A stretch of 64,000 bases of DNA from Cenarchaeum sp. (lineage in GTDB: Archaea > Thermoproteota > Nitrososphaeria > Nitrososphaerales > Nitrosopumilaceae): assembly GCA_963693095.2 (NCBI GenBank), contig OY843768.1, forward strand, positions 1,312,001 to 1,376,000. Reading direction: 5' to 3'. Below, piece after piece: positions 17,097 through 25,824 of the stretch. Position numbers and translations under genes: made by a program. The notes under the pieces are model-generated. The model was given only the letters and a program-made list of their open reading frames with translations, had not been told where the DNA came from and made no database searches. Each line of letters begins with the position of its first letter. Within the stretch, counting starts at the first letter, position 1.

Positions 17097-17729
17097 CTAG
17101 GTGTGGATATGTGCGGCAAAGTCGCGCTTGTCATCAGGACGCGCATAGACGTGAAACTCTGTCTTGTTGTCCTTTACGTTTGCAATGTCGTCGCGCACTA
17201 TGGGGACGCCATAGTGTTCTGCGGCCTCGCGGCTGCAGATTGCCGCAATGTATGAAATCTTGTAATCACGCACGTGTTTTATCGCAGCCTCTGTGTCCGT
17301 TATAATCGAGGAGCCAGGAAGTTGTGACATGGAACGCATCCTGTGGCGCCTGAGAAACCGGCTGCATTGGGCAAGGGGCTCGGATTTTGAATAGACAATG
17401 GTGATTTCCCCAAGATCTCCATATGAGGCCAGCACGTGATCTATGGCAAACATGAGCGTATGGACGTTCTGCAGTCCCAGCCTGTCGGCTATTTCAGTGA
17501 CAGGCGTGACCTTGTCACTGCCACGGATCAGTTTGTTCACGGTGTTGTGAACCGGAACCACGGCAATGTCGGCCTTTGTGTCATGCACATTTTGAAGGCA
17601 TTCATCAAACGTGTCAAATGGCATCACGGTCCCCGAGGAGCCAAACAGAGCTCGTGTCGCAAGGCCACTATAGCTCAGCTCTCCACCGATGCGCGCGATC
17701 ACTGGCCGCGCCGCCGATCTTTTCTTCAA
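17097..17729 (-). CDS. Prephenate dehydratase-like protein (catalytic domain only, altered motifs, no ACT domain)
   Basis: SYS, TFDE, ADIAVVPVHNT, IDHVL, VYS..PLAQCSRFL, DT, AAICS..AAEHY, NKTEF follow PDT motif order. TTG 17729 chosen from TTATA ~25 nt upstream (track start GTG 17747). Confidence 0.8.
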   Translation of the reverse strand: MKKRSAARPVIARIGGELSYSGLATRALFGSSGTVMPFDTFDECLQNVHDTKADIAVVPVHNTVNKLIRGSDKVTPVTEIADRLGLQNVHTLMFAIDHVLASYGDLGEITIVYSKSEPLAQCSRFLRRHRMRSMSQLPGSSIITDTEAAIKHVRDYKISYIAAICSREAAEHYGVPIVRDDIANVKDNKTEFHVYARPDDKRDFAAHIHT

Positions 17730-17900
17730 CGCGCCGACATGGCACACGAGCCCTATAAGAGCTTAACAGGATTCGCCACACCCATTAAATGCGGCGTTCG
17801 ATCAGCCCCCACGGCCTCTACACTAGCCTGCCAAGTCGCCCACGGTGGATATCGCCTGCAATGCGCGCATTGGCCAGATGGCAGTTCCACGCGTGCACGC

Positions 17901-18242
17901 TCAATAATCCTGAGCAGGATTGATGACGTCTTCCAGGGATTGCGCCATCTTTACGACAATGTCGCGCACATTGTCATCAGAGAGCGTGTCGAGGACCAGG
18001 GCATCCATCACCTGTTTTGTCGGGATTGCCCCAGTAAAGCCCACGATTCCGGCGAGGTACCCTTGCATATAGCATAGCGCCTCGGGTACCCCGTTGTGCT
18101 CGGTGACAAGCGGAAACATTGGGCAGCCCTTTGGGTCGTCCACTATGCGCGCCGCGTATCGCTTTGTCTCCTCTACGGCGACGTCGAGTGCGAGCTCGTT
18201 GGTCTCCTCGGCCACTTTTCCCCTGACCCTCTGCAGGCTCAT
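17901..18242 (-). CDS. Small hypothetical protein, CPMFP family copy 1
   Basis: 113 aa, full-length similarity to 18459-18800 and 22116-22463; TTTAATAT box upstream. Confidence 0.85.
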   Translation of the reverse strand: MSLQRVRGKVAEETNELALDVAVEETKRYAARIVDDPKGCPMFPLVTEHNGVPEALCYMQGYLAGIVGFTGAIPTKQVMDALVLDTLSDDNVRDIVVKMAQSLEDVINPAQDY

Positions 18243-18458
18243 GCGAACCGAGGCGTGGTGGGCGTAATATTAAAGATTGCGCGATGGGCGGCTCTTACGG
18301 CCTAGCAGAACGACAGGATCGTGCCCACATTTGGCCAAATGGACAGAAATGGTGCTGACCCCACGCAACCCACAAAATTCCCAGAGGCGCTCCGGCCGAA
18401 CCCATTCAGGATGACTGCCTCAAATGGCCTGCCGGGGCACGCTGTCTGCAGCGCGCGC

Positions 18459-18800
18459 TCAATAGTCCTGCGGTGGGTTGATGCACTCGTCCAGGGACGG
18501 CGTCATTTTTAAGACAATGTCGCGCACATTGTCATCAGAGAGCGCATCGCGAACCATCGAGTTCATCACATCCCTAGTTGGGGTAGCCCCGGCAAAGTCC
18601 GCGATTCCGGCGAGGTAGCCGTGCAGATAGCAGAGCGTCTCGAGTGCCCCGCCGTGACTGGTGAGCACAGGAAACATTGGACAGGCCTTTGGGTTGGCAA
18701 CTATGCTCGCCGCGTATCTCTTTGTCTCGCTCACGGCGACATCGAGTGCCAGGGGGTTGGGCGCCGGGGTTCCTTTTTTCGTGGCCGTCTGCTGGCTCAT
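18459..18800 (-). CDS. Small hypothetical protein, CPMFP family copy 2
   Basis: 113 aa tandem paralogue 558 bp from copy 1; TTTAATATA box upstream. Confidence 0.85.
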   Translation of the reverse strand: MSQQTATKKGTPAPNPLALDVAVSETKRYAASIVANPKACPMFPVLTSHGGALETLCYLHGYLAGIADFAGATPTRDVMNSMVRDALSDDNVRDIVLKMTPSLDECINPPQDY

Positions 18801-19165
18801 GCTGCATCCGACAGGTGTGCGCTATATTAAATATTCTAATGATCGTGGATTTTGGGGCTCAAGCACGGGCTATCGCCGATTCTGGCCACGGACTCTACAC
18901 AGGACAGGCAATGGCACCCCATGACACATGAGCTAGCGCTGTGGCTCAATCACCACTGCGCCAAAGTTATAGTTCAATTTCGTGCCAGAGCCATCATCTG
19001 TTAGTATCTCCACCAGTCTGCCCAAGAGTGCCTTGCCCGTCACGGGGTCTGACATCTCTTCAGCAGACATTGCGCGCACCCGCGCCACGGATTGGCATAG
19101 ATCTGTGGGGGATCTTGGGGTTCAAGCCAGCAAAGACTTATCAAAGCGCATGAGTACGGATCGGG

Positions 19166-19885
19166 GTGAAAATTCGGATCAAGGGTGCGAGGCAGAGGGT
19201 AGATCTCAAGAGTGTCACAGACCACGAGTCCAGCGCGTACAGGCAGGCCAGCGTAGGCATGCACAGATCAATGATTGTGCCGATCCGAAACGAGTGCCTT
19301 GTAGGGGGCGGAACGGATGCGCCACATGCGTCAGAACCACAATTGGCCGCCACGAGGCAAGAGGGCGCAGGCGCGCACGTGAACCATACGGGCACCGAGA
19401 TTGAGCGGATGGAGCGCATCGGAACCCTGTTCAGGTTTTTCAACTATCTGCATATGAAAGGTGTTTTGGCCGACGGTGACACGCTCGACAAACTAGAGGT
19501 ACAGCGCAAGCTGCAAAGGTGCGCTTATATCGCAAAAAAGCTGGGGACAGACATGGGATACGAGTTTGGCTTTTTGGACAGTGGGGCGTTCTCAACGGAC
19601 ATTGCAATAGACATCTATGATCGCGGATGTGGAGAGGGGGGCACAGAGCCATTTGTGCGCGATCCCGATGCCTCGCGGATGTTTGTTCAGATGGTGCAGG
19701 GACGCAATGTGGAATGGTTGGATGTTGCGACGTTTGCCCTTCGCGAGAACCATGGAAATGAGACACTAGACGAGTTCGTCAAGCGCATGAAGCGCGAAAA
19801 TATCGAATATGGCAAAAAGCTGGTTATGGACGTGTTTGGCCATGTTCGCGCATGCATGAATGGGGAGGTCACGGGGCAGGCATGA
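19166..19885 (+). CDS. YwgA/DUF4065 (Panacea/SocA)-like protein
   Basis: RKLQRCAYIAKKLG..MGYEFGFLDSGAFSTDIAIDIY resembles the KLQKxxY..F....GPxS pattern. Start uncertain, possibly ATG 19409. Confidence 0.55.
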   Translation: MKIRIKGARQRVDLKSVTDHESSAYRQASVGMHRSMIVPIRNECLVGGGTDAPHASEPQLAATRQEGAGAHVNHTGTEIERMERIGTLFRFFNYLHMKGVLADGDTLDKLEVQRKLQRCAYIAKKLGTDMGYEFGFLDSGAFSTDIAIDIYDRGCGEGGTEPFVRDPDASRMFVQMVQGRNVEWLDVATFALRENHGNETLDEFVKRMKRENIEYGKKLVMDVFGHVRACMNGEVTGQA

Positions 19886-20406
19886 GCTCGACTCCGCGGT
19901 GGCTAGGCTGGTTAGGTACCCTAGCAGGAATCGTCTCCATAATGGTTCTCGTTCCGGACATCAGGGAGCATGCCATGATCGTGCTGGGAATCTTTTCTGC
20001 AACATTGGCAGTAAACGTGATATGGGTGGCCGTAAAATCTGAAAAAGCGCAAAGGAGGGAGGATTACAGCATGATCATGGACGTGCAGTTTGTGGCAAGG
20101 CAGTGCGAGCACGCTTTAGAGATGTTGGGCAGAACTGCAGGAACGCATGATGGGAGCACATATCGTGCGCTTGACCAGCTTGCCACAAGAATTAGCCTTT
20201 GCATTACTAGGTATAGACGCTATCTCAACCCCGCAACTATAGAATCCCTAAAGGGCGTCGAGATGGTCATCATGAAAGCCCAGATCAACAGGGACACACG
20301 GATGACACTCACCATCTTTCCCATCAATAAGGCCATCATGGGAATAAAGTACGGCATACGCGAGATCGATGACGCTGACCTCCAAGCCGCACGTCGCAGG
20401 ATATAG
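19882..20406 (+). CDS. Hypothetical membrane protein (two N-terminal TM helices)
   Basis: ATGA overlap with the upstream stop; hydrophobic WLGTLAGIVSIMVLV and MIVLGIFSATLAVNVIWVAV. Confidence 0.75.
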   Translation: MSSTPRWLGWLGTLAGIVSIMVLVPDIREHAMIVLGIFSATLAVNVIWVAVKSEKAQRREDYSMIMDVQFVARQCEHALEMLGRTAGTHDGSTYRALDQLATRISLCITRYRRYLNPATIESLKGVEMVIMKAQINRDTRMTLTIFPINKAIMGIKYGIREIDDADLQAARRRI

Positions 20407-20451
20407 GCCAGCTTTGGCATGTCACATGTAACATACGCCGACTGTAGTGCG

Positions 20452-21513
20452 TCACTTTGAAATGGGCGGGACTTTTAGTGTCGGAGCCATGGCAGCCGCA
20501 AGATCCAGCTCTTCGAGAGCCTCGTCGTAGCGACCGAGCGATCGTAGCGCGTAGCCGCGGCAGATGTGCGTGCAGGCGTTGTCCGAATCCAGCGCTAGCG
20601 CGCGATCAAGATCCTTGAGCGCCGCGGCGTAATGGCCAAGTTCAAGGAGCGCATGACCGTGGCCAAGATGCGCATCGGCGCTGTCAGGATCCAGCTCGAG
20701 CGCATGATTCAACGCAAGACGAGCCTCATCGTAGCGACCGAGTCCTAGGAGCGCATGACCTCTCCCAATATACGCGTCGACGCTGTCCGGATCAAGCCCT
20801 ATCGCAGAGTCCATCGCGATGAGAGCCTCACCGTAGCGACCGAGCGAGTGGAGCGCCCTGCCGCGACAAAGGTGCGCATCAGAGTTGTCAGGCCTGATGT
20901 GAATTGCGCGATCAAAGGCAGCAAGGGCGTCAATGGTGCGATCAAGCTGGAGCAGTGTGTCACCCCTGCCGATGTGGGCCACAATATTGCCAGAATCAAG
21001 CTCGAGGGCACGGTCTAGTTCCACGAGGGCATCTTTATGCCTTCCAAGACTGGCAAGTATGGCGCCTTTTTTAACGCACACATCAATATTCTTGTGATCA
21101 ATGCTTTCGATACGATCGAATTCTTTTAATGCCTCATGAAATTTGCCATGAGCGGCAAAAATCAAACTTTTGTTTGTCGGCTCTATGGAGAACACAGGAT
21201 CAATCCTATTAACACATTCAAAAACTGTGAATGGACGCGAGTCGTCAGCATGAGTGGACAATGTGGGTTCGGAACCTAGGCGTGGTCTGTCCACGGAAAA
21301 ATGCTCGCGAAATATGATATGACGCATGGACGTCAGGCTATCGAGAGAATCAACGACATCTTTCCGGTTTTGCAAAGTCGGCAATTGTTTTTGATATTTG
21401 AGGCGCACCCCCGTGCCATATGCGCTTATGGCATCATCATAGCGTCCGTTCATATACAGATCTTCTCCACGGCTCATGCAGAGCTGGGAATCCTGTCGGG
21501 TGTTTGAATCCAT
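20452..21513 (-). CDS. Tetratricopeptide repeat protein
   Basis: 34-aa repeats (GxALxxLGRYDEALxxLDRALELDPD) with 102-nt periodicity; start ATG 21513 inferred from TTAAAA upstream. Confidence 0.92.
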   Translation of the reverse strand: MDSNTRQDSQLCMSRGEDLYMNGRYDDAISAYGTGVRLKYQKQLPTLQNRKDVVDSLDSLTSMRHIIFREHFSVDRPRLGSEPTLSTHADDSRPFTVFECVNRIDPVFSIEPTNKSLIFAAHGKFHEALKEFDRIESIDHKNIDVCVKKGAILASLGRHKDALVELDRALELDSGNIVAHIGRGDTLLQLDRTIDALAAFDRAIHIRPDNSDAHLCRGRALHSLGRYGEALIAMDSAIGLDPDSVDAYIGRGHALLGLGRYDEARLALNHALELDPDSADAHLGHGHALLELGHYAAALKDLDRALALDSDNACTHICRGYALRSLGRYDEALEELDLAAAMAPTLKVPPISK

Positions 21514-21707
21514 GCCGTTTCCGTCCTCAGGGCAAGCGGAGACTACTTTTAACCGTTTATTGGTCGCGTCGTTTGCCTCACGCCTGTATTCTCCACAACA
21601 TCTCAGGGGGGCCGTTTTGCACCTGCCATGCAAAACAGGCTCGCCCGCGTTCTGGCGCACCGCAGGCAATATCAAGTCTTTAAATAGAACCACGAGTATA
21701 CGAGTGC

Positions 21708-21875
21708 GTGAAATGGCACGAGGCAGTCATAATTGGCGGCGCACTTGTGGGACTTTACGCCACTCTCTCATCCAAGAGTGACGCTGCAGGCAGGGCAGAC
21801 GCAGACGAGATAGACGCAGACGATGAACATGATGCAGACGATGAACATGATGAAGGCGACTCCGACGCCAACTAG
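21708..21875 (+). CDS. 55-aa microprotein: N-terminal hydrophobic helix, acidic Asp/Glu/His tail
   Basis: GTG start, MKWHEAVIIGGALVGLYATLSSKSDAAGRADADEIDADDEHDADDEHDEGDSDAN*; TTAAATA box at ~21679-21686; below the apparent ORF track cut-off. Confidence 0.65.
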   Translation: MKWHEAVIIGGALVGLYATLSSKSDAAGRADADEIDADDEHDADDEHDEGDSDAN

Positions 21876-22115
21876 TACGGCAGAACAAACAAACGGTTCC
21901 ATGCCCACATCAAACTGGGCAGGTTTTCTCGCAGCCCACAAGGATGTAAAACGCCATTTCGACAAGCGATGCAATGACTGTGGAGTCAAAGTCACAATAT
22001 GCAAATGACCCCCCAACGAGAACGCGTGCGGGGGGAACAGCTTGTCGTGGTGCACGTGCGCATATCCTGCATATGCCTAGATCGTGAACACGCCCATTGC
22101 CACTGCAGGCGCGCA

Positions 22116-22463
22116 CTAGTACTCGCGTGGCGGGTTTACGCAGTCAATCGGCAGCTCAGAGGTCTGCATGGCGACTGCGATGTCGCGCACGTTGTGGTCA
22201 CAGAGCGTCTCGTAGACTAGGGCGTCCATCTTTTCCTTTGTCGGCTTTTCTTCCATGGACGAGACAAAGCCGACGAGGTAGCCCTGCATGTAGCTGAGCG
22301 ACTGGAGAATGCCGTGATACTCGTTGATGACCGGAAACATTGGGCACGCCTGTGGGTCGTTGCGTATGCTCGCCGCATACCTCTTTGTCGCGTCCACTGC
22401 GATTTTAAGGGACAGATCGTTGTCTGGCTCTTGCATATTGCGCAAACTCGTCTTGCGTTTCAT
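22116..22463 (-). CDS. Small hypothetical protein, CPMFP family copy 3
   Basis: 115 aa; TKRYAA..DPQACPMFP..YMQGYL..NVRDI..NPPREY; TTAATAAT box upstream. Confidence 0.85.
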   Translation of the reverse strand: MKRKTSLRNMQEPDNDLSLKIAVDATKRYAASIRNDPQACPMFPVINEYHGILQSLSYMQGYLVGFVSSMEEKPTKEKMDALVYETLCDHNVRDIAVAMQTSELPIDCVNPPREY

Positions 22464-22867
22464 GTGACGCGCCTCAAGGTGGGCGCATTATTAATCATTC
22501 GCGGCATTCAGCGCACGAGCGCAGCGCAGCACCCGCTAACAAGACAGGCACGAACCGACCGACGTGTCTAGCCACAGCAACTCCACTAGGCAAGAGACGG
22601 GCAAGCCGTGGGCGCAAAGTCCGTCGACTCTGCAGGAACTCGCGCCATGGCAAGACAGCAGGACATTGGCGTATATCGAGCGGCATGCGCACAGGAGTCC
22701 CGTGTTTGAAGAGTGGCACAAGAACATCACGGGTATGAGATGAGAGGCGGACGGACGGATCCATTACGGATGCCGCCCGCCCTAAAGGCGAATCAATCGC
22801 GCGCCTCTGGGCAGGCAGGCAGGCGGCACACATTATTAGCGTTGCCCAAAAACGGACATGTCATCCC

Positions 22868-24112
22868 TCATGCGGTGATCTCTGACCTAATCACGTCAGC
22901 TAGGCCATCACGATCCCTGACGTATGCGCCCACCCCGTCATCAAGTATGGCACTCGCAAGGGCACCCATCTCCATTGTGCTGACCCGCAGCTCGTGCAGC
23001 CTCAGGAGCGAGTTTATCCTGTCATATGCGCCATGATCGCCGGACGCTCCGTCCAGCTCGCCGAGAATTTCGCGTGCCGTGACACTATCGCCCATGCCGG
23101 CCTCCATGGCGATTGTGTGCGCGAGGCCATCATGGTCGGAGACGGGGCGCAGTCCGACGGTGCGGCGGTCAAGAGCCTGCAGCTTGCGCGTGTCGTTCCT
23201 TCTTTCAGGATAGGCAAACCCGCGCGTTGTGGACAGCGCCACAAGGTCAGCGCCCCTAAACGGCATGCAATGGATCGTCGAGGCCATGTGATCCGCAAGG
23301 TTGGCGTACGGTATGTTGGTGGCAAGAAACGCGACATCCCTGTGCGCATACTTCCGAAGGCACTCATAGGCGGCCGGAGCCGACTCGGGCGGCCGGTACA
23401 GTATGTTCACCATGTTCAATCCAAGCTCGTCCACAATATACTCCAGCACGTCGGCAAAGGCAAAATATCCCATGTCAATTGAGGGAAGTGTATGCTTGCG
23501 GCAGCTCTCAATCTCGCCGTGCGTGCGCCAGAGCTTTTTTTGCAGCCAGTCAGGTGCCGTGCGGCTCTCGATGTTGGATTGCGGCACCTCTTCAACGTGT
23601 GGTGCCCTCCTTGCCTGCTCGGGGTTTAGGCCCAGGTGCGGCACGGACACAATGTCATAGCCAGCGGCCATCTGCGAGTTAACGAGTGTGTCAAGGAGCC
23701 GATCCTGCGCATCTCCGTACTCTAGCATTGCGTTTGGCGCGCCCATCGCAATGTCGCCAATCTGGAGCGAGCACACACGGAATGGAAAACGCTGCGCGTT
23801 GAACTTCTTAAGCTCGTCCACAAATCGTCGTGACGTGTCAGGGTCTGACATTAGAAAAAGCGCGTCACGGCGATAGATTGCCCTCGCATGCACGGCCACA
23901 TGGTTTTCGATCTTGATCCCTAGTTCATTGCGGGAGTTCATGTCCATCTCGTATCCCGTTGCGCATCTCGCCGGAGTCACGATCACCTCGTCGCCGGCGC
24001 GAATCTCGAGTGAGCGCAGTGCGGGCATGTTGTGTGTTGCCTCCACAACGCGCCTCACACGCACGTCTAGCAACGCAGGGTCACGCCCCCGCACGCGAGG
24101 CGCACGTGCCAT
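22868..24112 (-). CDS. Hypothetical alpha/beta protein (possible TIM barrel, weakly TGT-like N-terminus)
   Basis: Long ORF with protein-like composition; RSLEI....IVTP, DIVSVP, PSIDM, GADLVA. Start uncertain (24112 or 24028). Confidence 0.6.
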   Translation of the reverse strand: MARAPRVRGRDPALLDVRVRRVVEATHNMPALRSLEIRAGDEVIVTPARCATGYEMDMNSRNELGIKIENHVAVHARAIYRRDALFLMSDPDTSRRFVDELKKFNAQRFPFRVCSLQIGDIAMGAPNAMLEYGDAQDRLLDTLVNSQMAAGYDIVSVPHLGLNPEQARRAPHVEEVPQSNIESRTAPDWLQKKLWRTHGEIESCRKHTLPSIDMGYFAFADVLEYIVDELGLNMVNILYRPPESAPAAYECLRKYAHRDVAFLATNIPYANLADHMASTIHCMPFRGADLVALSTTRGFAYPERRNDTRKLQALDRRTVGLRPVSDHDGLAHTIAMEAGMGDSVTAREILGELDGASGDHGAYDRINSLLRLHELRVSTMEMGALASAILDDGVGAYVRDRDGLADVIRSEITA

Positions 24113-24343
24113 ACGCGGAATCCCCGCCACCTGCCATGCCGGACAGGCCGTTGCGCACACGAGTCAGGATATTTTTGCGCGTGTCGTTGCGCGGGTGATC
24201 CCGCAGCGGTGGCTTGACGGATGGCGCACCGGGGCCACGTTCCGAGCCTGTAGGCCGTCCTGCGCGCCGTGTCCCGTCTGCCATGCCTCCGCGGGCAGGC
24301 CGGCCCCCGCTTAAGTCTATTTCTGCGAGCCCACACGGGCAGA

Positions 24344-24370
24344 CATCACAAAAAACAGAAATTTGTGATG
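24344..24370 (-). terminator. Putative oligo-T terminator within a 9-bp inverted repeat downstream of the DtxR-family gene
   Basis: CATCACAAA/TTTGTGATG stem; minus strand carries TTTCTGTTTTTTG. Confidence 0.4.
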
Positions 24371-24489
24371 AGCCGAAACGATCAGTGCGAACAGCAGATC
24401 TTTGTTCAGTTAGAGCGGGGAGTGCGCGAGTCTGAGTCTCTCGGGGTTTGTCCCTACACCATGTGTGCTATATGTACTCTTGCCACGCA

Positions 24490-24954
24490 TCATGCCGCAT
24501 CCTCTTTCTTCTCACAGCACTCGCCGGCCGGAATGTCAAGGTTGTGCGGGCACTTGCGCGGGTGGTGCAGCATCGTGCACAGCGCGTCGGTGAACTGTTT
24601 GCTCATGTGGTGCTCTGTCCCGCACACGAGCTCCTCATCAATGTCTATCTTTAGGGCCTCGTCCATGAGAACCTCAAGGAGGCGGCTGTTGCGGATCATC
24701 TTTGTCGCAATCTCGCGGCCCCTGGCAGTCGGCGCCACGTCGAGCTTGTCATATGTCACAAGGCCCTGCCTGTCGAGCTTTTTGAGCATCTGGACGACGC
24801 TTGGCTGGCGTATGTGGAGCATGCGCGCAATCGTGCTAATCTTTACCTCCTCGCCGCGCTCGCGTATGTGCCATATCGCCTTTAGGTACATCTCCATATG
24901 CTCGGCATCAGCCGTCCCCACAAATAACGTCTCCTCGCCGTGCTCGCCCATCAC
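24490..24954 (-). CDS. DtxR/MntR-family metal-dependent transcriptional regulator
   Basis: EMYLKAIW, PSVVQMLKKL, RLLEVL, EHHMS, CPH..IP. Confidence 0.93.
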   Translation of the reverse strand: MMGEHGEETLFVGTADAEHMEMYLKAIWHIRERGEEVKISTIARMLHIRQPSVVQMLKKLDRQGLVTYDKLDVAPTARGREIATKMIRNSRLLEVLMDEALKIDIDEELVCGTEHHMSKQFTDALCTMLHHPRKCPHNLDIPAGECCEKKEDAA

Positions 24955-25715
24955 TGCGCGACCTCGTCGTTTATGAGGTATTCAAAGTATTCGCGGGCCA
25001 GGCTCGCAAGGCCCACGTGGTCTGCCCATATGGCGACCATCTCGGGGCTCGCCGTGCCCGATTCCGGACCCAGCAGTATGACGACGTGGCGCCGGTCAGA
25101 GATGATCCCGCCGCCAAACAGGTTTGGGCGCACCTTTACGTCGGCCACGCGAGATATGGAGCGAACCGTCGCCGAGCTCGTCCCGTCAGACACGAGAACC
25201 GTGATCTTTACGCCGCGGTCATGGAGGAGGCGCAGCTTTGGCAGCGCGGCAGTCAGCATCTCGCGGCCGACGTGCGGCATGGCGATCATGACCTCGGTCC
25301 GGCAAGAGTCGATCATCTCGAGTATCCGCGAGGCAATGTTCGCGAGGCCAGAGAGGACCAGAATGTCGGGCTTTTCGCTGGTCCCGCTCTTTTCATAGAC
25401 AGGCCCGAGCTCCGAGACGATCGCGCGGCTGTCAGCCGAAAGGCGCTCCTCGGCGGCCCTGCGCGTGGCCTCGAGTCCAGTCGACGGCGAGTGAGGCGCG
25501 TACACTGTCGGCCTCGAGTCATCCGAGGAGACCCACCCCTTCTCCTCGAGTGAGGCGAGTGTCTCGTATATCTTTGAGTGGGGCACGCCAGAGCCCGTGC
25601 TCAGCGCACCGGCGCTCTGCGGGCCGCCCGAGAGGAGCGACGAGTATACGCGGATCTCGTATCCGGTCAGGCCAACACGCTCGAGGGCCTTGCGCACCCT
25701 GCCCGAGACGCTCAT
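24951..25715 (-). CDS. TrmB-family transcriptional regulator
   Basis: GLTGYEIRVY..L...SGVPHSKIYETLASLEEKGWV HTH plus C-terminal effector domain; TTTAAATA ~25 nt upstream of ATG 25715. Confidence 0.9.
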   Translation of the reverse strand: MSVSGRVRKALERVGLTGYEIRVYSSLLSGGPQSAGALSTGSGVPHSKIYETLASLEEKGWVSSDDSRPTVYAPHSPSTGLEATRRAAEERLSADSRAIVSELGPVYEKSGTSEKPDILVLSGLANIASRILEMIDSCRTEVMIAMPHVGREMLTAALPKLRLLHDRGVKITVLVSDGTSSATVRSISRVADVKVRPNLFGGGIISDRRHVVILLGPESGTASPEMVAIWADHVGLASLAREYFEYLINDEVAQ

Positions 25716-25737
25716 AGGGTCTCTTTGAGCCCCGAGG

Positions 25738-25800
25738 GTATTTAAATCAGGCACGAAAACCCCCAAAACACCGTGAATTTGGTGACAAATCCGTTATAAG
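25738..25800. promoter_or_regulatory. Divergent TATA boxes for the TrmB regulator (-) and tes (+)
   Basis: TATTTAAA at ~25739-25746 and TTATAAG at 25794-25800, each ~25-30 nt from an ATG. Confidence 0.6.
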
Positions 25801-25824
25801 GCCCAAGATTTCCCCTGTGGCAGG

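Noticed and set aside
16855-17260. Possible DGR template/variable repeat pair at the PDT-like gene 3' end
   Set aside because: Mismatches are not adenine-specific (many T/C and third-position changes), identity is only ~70%, and there is no reverse transcriptase in the window.
21901-22008. Short ORF with CNDC (zinc ribbon?)
   Set aside because: 35 aa, only one Cys pair, no clear promoter.
22694-22722. Short matches to the repeat core (GAGTCCCGTGT) and to ~13518-13542 (CGTGTTTGA..TGGCACAAG)
   Set aside because: Too short to distinguish from chance without a genome-wide search.
12530-24160. Intact provirus
   Set aside because: No recognisable integrase, terminase, portal, tail or replication gene, and no tRNA att site at the borders.
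24365-24435. GTGATGA...GAAAC as hammerhead ribozyme core, or as C box with CTGA D box
   Set aside because: The core lacks the initial C and a stem II; internal C'/D' boxes are unconvincing.
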